NCBI GenBank assembly: GCA_903897765.1
Contig: CAIUCY010000073.1
Coordinates: 1 to 37,534 of the forward strand
DNA from: an uncultured Candidatus Marinamargulisbacteria bacterium
GTDB taxonomy: Bacteria; Margulisbacteria; Riflemargulisbacteria; GWF2-35-9
Direction: 5' to 3'
Length of the DNA stretch: 37,534 nt
This document shows positions 20,332 to 28,900 of the stretch, piece by piece. The notes beneath the pieces are model-generated. The model made no database searches. It saw only the letters and a list, made by a program, of their open reading frames with translations, and was not told where the DNA came from. Position 1 is the stretch's first letter. Each line of letters begins with the position of its first letter. The translations under genes were made by a program, and so were the position numbers.

Positions 20332-20361
20332 TTGTGTTTGATATAAATTTATCGAACACAA
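20332..20361. repeat. 12-bp inverted repeat (hairpin or operator)
   Basis: TTGTGTTTGATA-taaatt-TATCGAACACAA, one mismatch (G-U on the plus-strand RNA). Confidence 0.7.
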
Positions 20362-20384
20362 ATCGCGAGAATTGCAGGGAAAAT

Positions 20385-21671
20385 TTAGGGTGGATTTTTT
20401 GCTCCAGGAACGTTTGCGTCTGTTGGTTTGGGCTGACTAGGCTCGTAGACACGTTTTACAAGTTCCCCGTCTTTTTCAATGAGAATCACATTATCATTCT
20501 TTATTTGTTCTAGAGTCGGCTCAACCCATGACGTTTGATCGATGTTAAGGTCTGGGTACTCTTTTACTAGTTGTGTCCCTAATTTATGTAATGTGTTCCC
20601 TGCATCGGTTGGTCCTTTCTGTTCCAAATTAAATGTTTCTTCGATTAATTTTGCCGACACAGGGGTTCCTTTACAATGCTTATTAATCTCCTGAGCCGCA
20701 TAACGAAGTAAAATGGCCATCTCTTTCCTGCCCAGTTTATAAAAATCAATATCTTTCAGACAGCTTAATTTCTTTAATAGGGCAATAAACACCCCAATAC
20801 TTGCGCCATCTTTGTTTCCAAAGAGCGGATCGTTTGGACTCATTGCCTCGAGGAAAGTTTTAAGTGGGCGAGGAAACTGGGCGATGCCGTTGGGGTCTTT
20901 TGCGATATCTCTATTTCGAGAGGCATTATTAAACTCAAACTGCTGATCTTTTTGGTCAGCAGTTTTCATCTCGTCAAAAAATCCACGCTCTCCCGGTTTT
21001 CCATAAAGGGTATCTCGTATCTCGTTTATGGTTGGATTCGACTTTAGATTCGTTGATTTGGCATAATTGATCATGATCGTATTTAGTAGTATTTGATCCA
21101 GTTCGGCGAGTTTAGCTAGGTCGCCCGTTTTATGTGCCTCGGATATTTTAGGGTGTAATTCATCAACTAAGGCCTTAAAAAAATTGCCCGCTCCAGCTAG
21201 GGCATCAAGTTCTTTCATTTGATTAGCGTTTAATGACACCCTGCTTATGTCGTCCTTGATCTCGGGATCCCAAAACAATATTATTTTTGCCATGTTCTTT
21301 AAATAATCGCCTTCATATTTTCGGCCGTTTAGGATGATGCCCCCAATTAGCCCCGTACTGCAACTTCTCCACTTGTTGTACTGGGAAGCTATGGCTGTCC
21401 ACTGTTCGGACGTTATTTTATCAAGTTTGCCTGGGTTTATGGACTCCGATATCATAGCCATTTCCACAATTTCGCCCCTTGTTAAAATTTTGGATGCTTG
21501 GCTTTTGTTGATATTTCCCCACTTCGTTTCCTCATAATCGGGATTAATTCGGTCGCCGAGCCGACTGTTATCGGCCGTAGCAGAAACAGGGGTTTGACTT
21601 TTTTCTGTACCTGGCTTGACAGGAACAGAGGTGGGCTTATTAGGGGCTGGATTAACAACTCCACCCGCCAT
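20385..21671 (-). CDS. Hypothetical protein (428 aa), no recognisable family
   Basis: Long ORF; ATG 21671 overlaps the upstream small ORF stop (TGATG). Pro/Ser/Thr-rich termini, helical-looking core. Confidence 0.8.
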   Translation of the reverse strand: MAGGVVNPAPNKPTSVPVKPGTEKSQTPVSATADNSRLGDRINPDYEETKWGNINKSQASKILTRGEIVEMAMISESINPGKLDKITSEQWTAIASQYNKWRSCSTGLIGGIILNGRKYEGDYLKNMAKIILFWDPEIKDDISRVSLNANQMKELDALAGAGNFFKALVDELHPKISEAHKTGDLAKLAELDQILLNTIMINYAKSTNLKSNPTINEIRDTLYGKPGERGFFDEMKTADQKDQQFEFNNASRNRDIAKDPNGIAQFPRPLKTFLEAMSPNDPLFGNKDGASIGVFIALLKKLSCLKDIDFYKLGRKEMAILLRYAAQEINKHCKGTPVSAKLIEETFNLEQKGPTDAGNTLHKLGTQLVKEYPDLNIDQTSWVEPTLEQIKNDNVILIEKDGELVKRVYEPSQPKPTDANVPGAKNPP

Positions 21672-21802
21672 CAATAATCCCCGGGGGCATCAGCCAATTG
21701 TAAGACGATAGGTGGCAACTCAGGTGGGCGAACCGGATTTTTGATCTGGTTGAGTCGCTCCTGCATGAGCCATGATTGGATATCGAGGTCGACGGGAATC
21801 AT
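21671..21802 (-). CDS. Unlisted 43-aa small protein (MIPVDLDIQSWLMQERLNQIKNPVRPPELPPIVLQLADAPGDY)
   Basis: Start overlaps the upstream stop (ATGA) and stop overlaps the downstream start (TGATG). Fills the intergenic gap exactly. Confidence 0.7.
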   Translation of the reverse strand: MIPVDLDIQSWLMQERLNQIKNPVRPPELPPIVLQLADAPGDY

Positions 21803-22671
21803 GCGGTGAGTTGTTTGGATTGACTCAATATAGCTGCTAACAAATACCCTTCAGCTTTCAAATTCCTCGCACCGAGAGATGCTTGATTGCTAGTCTCTTG
21901 GGAAGGATTCTTATCTGAATTTGCTATTAGTTCATTAATGAGAAATTCTAATAATATTTGTTTTTTATCAATTCCCTTGTTTCTCAACTCGGCATTCAAG
22001 GCGATGTTCATATCGGCCGTTGGGGTGCCCCCTTTTTTTAATACAGCGATCATATCCATTAATGTTTTGTTCTCCCGTAGCGCTTGCAATTTTTTTTCAA
22101 TATTTTTTTCCTCAGCTTTTTTTGCCATCTGTTTCAGGTTTTCTTTGTCTTTGGCTGAATTTTCTTCAATGGTTTTGACGAATTGTTTGACTGCTTCTTC
22201 TCTCACTTCCATCGGCATCTTAAGAATTTGAGCGAGAATATCGCGACACCACTGTTGTACCGCCGTATCTTTGGACGTTAACATGCCCATAAATTTTGTA
22301 GCTATAAAGGAGTTGCCTTTTTTTAGCTTGAGACTGATCGTGCCATCGTCTTTCTTTTCAAATTCGGTAGCACCCATCTCTTTAAGAGTATTAATCGCTT
22401 GCTCATCAACCCCCATTAAATTCAAGAACTCAGCAACCGCATCCTCACCCTTTGACGCAGTCGTCATGAGTTTGTCGGTTTGCTGCTTTGATAAAACGAA
22501 GGTGATCGGGATAATACTCCCCGACAGGTTTGTAAAGGTTGCTTTCAAAGCCCCATCCAAAGAGGTAGTAATGTCAAGTGAGCCGGAGTTCGTCTTGAAT
22601 GTTTTTTCAGACTTTTTAGCATTTGCTTGAGGAATTCCCGCTAGAGCAGATACATTTGCAGGACCAACCAT
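21799..22671 (-). CDS. Hypothetical Lys/Glu-rich protein (290 aa) with probable coiled coil
   Basis: SD AGGGGGAG before ATG 22671 (MVGPANVS...). Charged helical stretch EENSAKDKENLKQMAKKAEEKNIEKKLQALRE. Confidence 0.8.
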   Translation of the reverse strand: MVGPANVSALAGIPQANAKKSEKTFKTNSGSLDITTSLDGALKATFTNLSGSIIPITFVLSKQQTDKLMTTASKGEDAVAEFLNLMGVDEQAINTLKEMGATEFEKKDDGTISLKLKKGNSFIATKFMGMLTSKDTAVQQWCRDILAQILKMPMEVREEAVKQFVKTIEENSAKDKENLKQMAKKAEEKNIEKKLQALRENKTLMDMIAVLKKGGTPTADMNIALNAELRNKGIDKKQILLEFLINELIANSDKNPSQETSNQASLGARNLKAEGYLLAAILSQSKQLTA

Positions 22672-22751
22672 ACACTCTCCCCCTATCTTTTCGACTGTAA
22701 ATTTATTGTGCCCAATATTTGCGATCTTAAACCTGCTTTTTTGAAATCCGG

Positions 22752-22766
22752 TTAACATGTTAAACT
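22752..22766 (+). promoter_or_regulatory. Extended -10 (TGtTAAACT) for nadA overlapped by a perfect 12-bp palindrome
   Basis: TTAACATGTTAA at 22752-22763. TAAACT 22761-22766 lies 6 nt before ATG 22773; no SD. Confidence 0.55.
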
Positions 22767-22772
22767 GTCCCC

Positions 22773-23681
22773 ATGAAAGACATCGACACGATCAGGGCGA
22801 TTAGGCAGCTGAAGCAACAAAAAAACGCCATCATTTTAGCCCATAATTATCAGCGCCCCGAGATCCAAGAACTGGCTGACCTCGTCGGCGACTCGCTGGA
22901 TCTTTCCCGTCGAGCAGCAGCCACATCGGCGGAGATGATCGTATTTTGCGGGGTTCGGTTTATGGCTGAAACGGCCAAGATCCTTGCTCCTCAGAAAACC
23001 GTCCTCCTGCCCAATCACAATGCGGGTTGTCCGATGGCCGACATGGTCACCGCGGACGATGTCATTGCTATGAAGGCGGCACACCCTTCCGCTACGGTCG
23101 TTTGCTACGTCAACACCCCTGCAACGGTTAAGGCCGAGGCTGATATTTGCGTGACCTCCGCCAATGCCGCCACGATCATCGAACGCTTGCAAACCGACGA
23201 GATCCTCTTTTTTCCCGATAAAAACCTTGCTGCATGGTGCCAACGATTCACGACTAAAAAAATCATCGCTTGGGACGGGTATTGCTACGTTCACAGTCGC
23301 TTTTCGGCTGCCGAGGTTGCGGCTAGTCAAGCTCGATTCCCTGACGCCGTTTTACTTGTCCACCCCGAATGCCCTGCTGACGTGGTCGATCTCGCCGACG
23401 AGGTGCTTTCCACCAATAAAATGGTCGCCTTCGCTACCGCGTCGAACGCCAAGCAATTCCTCATCGCAACCGAAGAAGGTATCATTCATCGTCTTCGACG
23501 TGAAAACCCTGACAAACAGTTTTATGCCGCCGGAAACGCCAAGAGCTGTTTTAATATGAAAAAAACCACACTCCAAGATATTTATCTGGCTCTCCTCAAA
23601 GGCCGAACCGAGATCAACCTTGACCCCACCATTATGGATCGCGCCCGCCACTCGCTTGAAGAAATGGTTAAGTTTGGATAG
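22773..23681 (+). CDS. nadA: Quinolinate synthase
   Basis: ILAHNYQ, GDSL, FCGVRFMAET, AGCPMAD, YVNT, GYCYVH, HPEC, CFNMK. Confidence 0.97.
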   Translation: MKDIDTIRAIRQLKQQKNAIILAHNYQRPEIQELADLVGDSLDLSRRAAATSAEMIVFCGVRFMAETAKILAPQKTVLLPNHNAGCPMADMVTADDVIAMKAAHPSATVVCYVNTPATVKAEADICVTSANAATIIERLQTDEILFFPDKNLAAWCQRFTTKKIIAWDGYCYVHSRFSAAEVAASQARFPDAVLLVHPECPADVVDLADEVLSTNKMVAFATASNAKQFLIATEEGIIHRLRRENPDKQFYAAGNAKSCFNMKKTTLQDIYLALLKGRTEINLDPTIMDRARHSLEEMVKFG

Positions 23682-23688
23682 GCGCCTC

Positions 23689-23817
23689 ACTTTCACTATC
23701 CTTGAAGCAAGAACAATGCCTCGCCAAACAGATCGACACGACGTCGATCACTTTTCAACCTGTTCAGGACAGGACGGTTTGAAAAGTTTAAAGAGGCTAT
23801 TGTTCTTGCTAGAAAGT
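23689..23817. other. Multi-stem palindromic intergenic element (candidate ncRNA, cis-regulator or miniature mobile element)
   Basis: P1 23706-23722/23793-23810; P2 23731-23737/23743-23749; P3 23750-23763 with 23769-23773 and 23779-23787; outer ACTTTC/GAAAGT. Confidence 0.6.
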
Positions 23818-23825
23818 TTAAGACG

Positions 23826-24935
23826 ATGAATGTCGTTGTGGGTCTAAGTGGTGGGGTGGATTCTGCGGTTACCGCGCATCTGCTTCAACAACAAGGCCAC
23901 TCGGTTATCGGCGTGCACATGAGTGTATGGTCGCCATCGCACCCACAACCTGATACTTCGACCCTTCGACAAGCGCAGGGTCCAACGCCACACCAACTAG
24001 CAAGAGAGGCGTGCTATTGCCCAGGGGACACCCGCGACGAAGCCGACGCCGCAGCCATTGCCAAACGACTTGATATTCCCTTTCATATCCTAGATGTCAG
24101 CGCGGATTATGCCACGAATGTACTTGATTATTTTGCAAGCGAATACGCCGCTGGGCGCACCCCTAACCCCTGCATTGCTTGTAACCAAAAGATAAAATTC
24201 GGTGCCCTGCTTCGCGAAGTTGAAAAAGCCGGTATCCCGTTTGATCGCTTCGCCACGGGTCATTACGCGCAGGTATCCCTTGACTCTGTTTCAAGCCGCT
24301 ATTCCCTCAGACGAGCCGTTGACCGACGTAAAGACCAAACCTATTTTATTTATCGTCTATCTCAAGACCAATTGAGCCGTTGCGTCTTCCCTCTGGGTAG
24401 CTATGAAAAAAACGAGATCAAAGTCATTGCACGAAACCTCGGATTGGCAGTAGCTGATAAACCCGAAAGTCAGAACTTCATCAACGGCGACTATGGCTAT
24501 CTCCTCAAAGAAACGCCGCTTCAAGGGCCGTTTGTCCTAGAAGATGGCACCATCCTAGGCACCCATCGCGGGATCGCCCATTACACCATCGGACAACGTC
24601 GCGGATTAGGCATCGCATGGACGGAGCCTTTGTTCGTTATCCGTATCGACGCCCCGACGAATACCGTTGTTTTGGGCACAGGTGATTCACTTTTTGGCCA
24701 TCGCCTCATTGCGACGGATTGCACATGGTCAAGCATCGCCGCCCCAACAGCACCGTTTACCTGCTCAGCAAAGATCCGCTATGCCAGTCCTGATGTCGAG
24801 GTTGATGTCACGCCCATTGATGAGAGTCGCTTCGAAGTGTCGTTCCATTCACCGCAAAAAGCTATCACGCCAGGGCAGTCCATTGTCTTGTACGATGGGG
24901 AGATCGTTTTGGGTGGTGGGATTATTGCGTTGTAA
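23826..24935 (+). CDS. mnmA: tRNA 2-thiouridine(34) synthase
   Basis: SGGVDS, GRTPNPCIACN, ATGHYA, KDQTYF, YTIGQRRG, AITPGQS. Confidence 0.96.
   Translation: MNVVVGLSGGVDSAVTAHLLQQQGHSVIGVHMSVWSPSHPQPDTSTLRQAQGPTPHQLAREACYCPGDTRDEADAAAIAKRLDIPFHILDVSADYATNVLDYFASEYAAGRTPNPCIACNQKIKFGALLREVEKAGIPFDRFATGHYAQVSLDSVSSRYSLRRAVDRRKDQTYFIYRLSQDQLSRCVFPLGSYEKNEIKVIARNLGLAVADKPESQNFINGDYGYLLKETPLQGPFVLEDGTILGTHRGIAHYTIGQRRGLGIAWTEPLFVIRIDAPTNTVVLGTGDSLFGHRLIATDCTWSSIAAPTAPFTCSAKIRYASPDVEVDVTPIDESRFEVSFHSPQKAITPGQSIVLYDGEIVLGGGIIAL
23956..23982. repeat. REP-like palindromic remnant inserted in frame in mnmA
   Basis: CTTCGAC-C-CTTCGACAAGCGCAGGGTC, with stem GACCCT/AGGGTC. Encodes TSTLRQAQGP in an extended loop. 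Confidence 0.55.
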
Positions 24936-24937
24936 CG

Positions 24938-25885
24938 CTACCCTGCCTTTCGCATGGGCACGCGACCAGCTTGCTCGATGAGCTGCCAGTCTAAGTCGAC
25001 AGGGTTGCCCGTTGTTGTTAGATAGTTTCCGACGAGCATGGCGTTTGCACCGGCCGAGAACATATACCGCTGCCACTCGCCTAAGTTTCGCTCACGTCCC
25101 CCGAAAAGACCAATGATCTTCGTGGGCATGACCCATCGAAACATGGCGATCAGCTTTAAAATATCTTGGGGACGGATCGGGTCGACCTTGCCAAAGACTT
25201 TTGTGCCTTCAATGGGATATAATATATTGATCGGAACCGAGTCCACATCAAGATCGCGCAGCTCCATCGCCAGTTCGACACGCTGTTCTAAGGACTCACC
25301 TAACCCAAAGATCCCACCCGAACACACCTGCAAGCCCACTTCTTTGGCTGCACTAATCGTGGCGACACGTTCGTCATAGGTATGTGTCGTACACATTTCG
25401 TTAAAAAAAGACCGCGCCGTCTCCAGATTATGATGATATTTATCCATGCCGGCATCCTTCAGCTGCTGAAGTTGCGCTTTTGTCATGATCCCAAGGGACG
25501 TACACCGATAGGTTCCGTCAAAGCCTGTCAAAGCCGAGAGAATAGTATCGAAATCCTTCCCCGTGGGAACCCCTTTACCTGATGTAACGATCGAGAAGCA
25601 GCTCACCCCGTCACCTTTTGACCGATTGTGAGCACCCATTAAAGTCTCTTTGGCCATTAAGGGGTAAACGTCCGCCTTCGTATGATGATGCGCGGACTGC
25701 GAACAAAAGGAGCAATCCTCGCTGCACTGTCCACTTTTGGCATTAACAATGCCACACAAAAGCACTGCGTTACCTACCGTCTCAAGGGTTAATGCCTCGG
25801 TGCGCGCTAATAATTCATCGAGTTGATCGTCGGAAGTATTCAAAATTGAAAGAGCATCGGTAAAAGAAAGGGCTTGGTTGTTCAT
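24938..25885 (-). CDS. bioB: Biotin synthase
   Basis: NAKSGQCSEDCSFCSQS, YHHNLET, CSGGIFGLGE, VPINIL, GNYLTT. Confidence 0.96.
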   Translation of the reverse strand: MNNQALSFTDALSILNTSDDQLDELLARTEALTLETVGNAVLLCGIVNAKSGQCSEDCSFCSQSAHHHTKADVYPLMAKETLMGAHNRSKGDGVSCFSIVTSGKGVPTGKDFDTILSALTGFDGTYRCTSLGIMTKAQLQQLKDAGMDKYHHNLETARSFFNEMCTTHTYDERVATISAAKEVGLQVCSGGIFGLGESLEQRVELAMELRDLDVDSVPINILYPIEGTKVFGKVDPIRPQDILKLIAMFRWVMPTKIIGLFGGRERNLGEWQRYMFSAGANAMLVGNYLTTTGNPVDLDWQLIEQAGRVPMRKAG

Positions 25886-25892
25886 GGGCGTT

Positions 25893-25907
25893 ATTGTACG
25901 TTATACT
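25893..25907. promoter_or_regulatory. Compact divergent -10 elements for bioB and the NRPS
   Basis: Minus TACAAT (25898-25893), 7 nt before the bioB ATG; plus TATACT (25902-25907), 14 nt before the NRPS ATG. Intergenic gap is 36 bp. Confidence 0.5.
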
Positions 25908-25921
25908 GAAAGCAAGCGTAA

Positions 25922-28900
25922 ATGAAAAAAACCCCTCTCTCTCCGATTGAGCAGCAGTTCTGGCACGAACAACAGATTTTCGCCGATAGTCCTGCCCTAA
26001 ACATTGGCGGATACACCCTAATCGATGGGCATATCGATGCATCCACTTTTCAACAATCCATTCGATTCTTTTTAAGGCATACCTATGCGTTTTGCCGATT
26101 CTTTCTAAATCGTGATATGGCCGACATCAACCCTAATCCCGATTACACGGTCAGGGTCATGCATCAATCCGATGAGGACAGCCTGACTTGGATGCAAACC
26201 GCGATGCGCCAACCCTTTGACGTCGGACACTATCCCCTATTTGATATAAACCTACTGTATTCTGATTCACACACTTATTTCTTTGCACGCGTTCATCATC
26301 TGCTAACCGATTCATGGGGATTGTCACTTTTTCTGCAAACGATATCCATGCTCTATAACCATTACCGCCGGTTTGGATCTTTTCCTACTTCAACAGGATG
26401 TTTTCCATACAACGACAGCATCGAACAAGTTTTGTCATATGCAAGATCCTCACACTATGAAGCAGATAAAGCCTATTGGCTGGGGAAGTTTTCCTCTCTA
26501 CCACCAACCCTCTTCGACCAAAAGGAGCCCAAACATGCCTTGGCCCTTCGAGAAAGTTTTACCATCCCTCGCGAGACACTAAATGATATCGAGGCGTTTG
26601 CCCATAGCAAGGACGCGACGGTTTTTCACTATTTTCTTGGAGCGCTCTATCTTTGTCTTGCGTTGCATTACACTCAAACCGATCTCGTCGTCGGAATCAA
26701 CCTTCTAAATCGTTTTGACAAAAAACAAAAGCAAACCATTGGCACCTTTTTTAATACCCTCCCCTTACAAATTTCTATTCATGAAGATGAACCCTTTAGA
26801 ACGCTTCTTAAATTAATCAAAAAAACCCTTCGAAGCGACTATCGTCACGCTCGCTTCCCTAGTCGAGATATTGCCTCGATGATAAACAAAGCGGGGCTAT
26901 TTGATATCATCTTCTCTTATGAAAAACATCCATACGCCACAGATTTTGATCATTACGCAACACAAAGCATTGCGATTTCGTCGGGCATGATGCGCGGCAA
27001 ACTAAACATATACATTCGAGACTATTCATATTTACATAACGTAGACATAGATATTGACTTCAACGCCAAGGTATTCAGTCGCTCCGATAGACAAGCGCTC
27101 ACTGAATCATTTAAGGGCTTGATTTACAAACCGCTTGATACTATCAACTATCAAGCGGACATCTATAGAATGTCCAAAGGCAAGGTCTTATCACACAATC
27201 ACGAGACAATCCCTGCTGTTTTTGAGCATCAAGTTAGTCTCACCCCTCATCGAATCGCCCTTATAGTTGATCAACAAGCCTATTCCTATGAAGAATTGAA
27301 CGCGCGGAGCAATAGGGTAGCCCACGCTTTGCGAGAACAGGGCATTAGTGTAGATAGCCTCGTCGCCATACTCTTTGACTATTCCCTTGAGATGATTGTC
27401 GCAATACTGGGCATTCTAAAGGCGGGCGGGGCGTATTTGCCTATTAATCCCGACGACCCTGCCCCCCTCATCGCCCATCGAATCGCCCATAGCCAAGCAA
27501 AACTTGTGCTTCGAACTCTACCCACCCATAGCAACAACCAAAACCTGCCACACATCAATGAGCCATCTAACTTGGCTTATGTGATCTACACCTCTGGATC
27601 GACCGGTGACCCCAAAGGTGTCCTTCTCGAACACAAAGGCGTCATCAATGTCCTGCGTCATTGGGTCGAAGCCTATGACCTGACACTGAACCCAACGACA
27701 TTGCTTCAGCTATCGGATTACACACACGATGTGTTCACCGGCAATTGGGTTAAAACGTTGCTTACGGGAGGGACGCTCGTTATTCCGTCCGGCATGGAAC
27801 GAAAAGACCTCGGAGGCTTGGCTCGTTTGATGTCCACACATCGGGTAAGTATGCTCGACACCACCCCCGCCATTATTCTTCGTCTAATTGACTATATTAA
27901 AGAAAATAACCTAGAAAGCGCCTCGACATTAACACACATTCTGCTCGGCTCTGACCTATGCCATCTGGAAGACTATCGAAAACTCGCCAAAGCATTTTGG
28001 GGGCAAGCTCGCGTGATTAATACCTATGGCGTCACCGAAGCCACCATTTATAGTTGTGATTATCAAACACCCCTCGACGAGATCCCTCTTCATGGAGCCA
28101 CGCCCATCGGTAAACCATTTTGCAACACTCAACTATTCGTACTTGATAAGTCCTTAACGCTGCTTCCTCAAGGTGTTGAAGGTGATCTCTACCTCGGGGG
28201 GGACGGCTTAGCCAGAGGCTATTTAGACCGTCCGGACCTAACAGCCAAAAAGTTTATTGCTTCACCTTTTGATGTAAACAAGCGCCTGTATGCCACAGGT
28301 GATCGTGCTAAATGGGCACAAGATGGACAATTAATTTTTCTGGGGCGTAGCGACTTCCAAGTAAAGATCTCTGGTTATCGAGTGGACATCGAGGAGATCG
28401 AGAACACGCTAAGACAACACCCTCTCGTCGAAGAAGCGATTGTTGTCGGCGTGAACAAAGACCCAAACAGACAAACCCTCATAGCGTATTACGTGTCAAC
28501 AACACCCATATCAGATGAGGCCTTTCGCCAATATTTAAGCAATAAGTTGCCACGACATATGATTCCGACCCGATATATTTTCAACGTTTCCCTCCCCTTA
28601 AACACCAGTGGCAAGGTGGATCGTAAAGCCCTTCGCGAAAAAGCCAATCAACCTCAAAACACAGTAGCCCCCACAGAGATGACCCCAAGGCAAAGCCAGC
28701 TACTAAATATTTGGGAAACGGTTCTCCATCAACGGCCTATCGATATTAACGACGATGTATTCGATCTCGGGGCGGATTCGCTTGATTGCGTTAATATGCT
28801 GAGCCAACTTGAAAAAGAAGGAATTCACCTGACATTGGCAGACTTGTACCATTATCGCACCGTGTCTGATTTAGCAAAGATATCAGAGCGACAAGAAGCT

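Noticed and set aside
22686-22712. Possible sigma28 promoter (GTCGAAAA) for the orphan operon; similar TTCGATAA near 20350
   Set aside because: No TAAA at 15-nt spacing in either case.
23757-23777. AACCTGTTCAGGACAGGACGG loosely resembles the SRP RNA domain IV 5' strand
   Set aside because: The GGAA tetraloop and AGCAG partner strand are missing.
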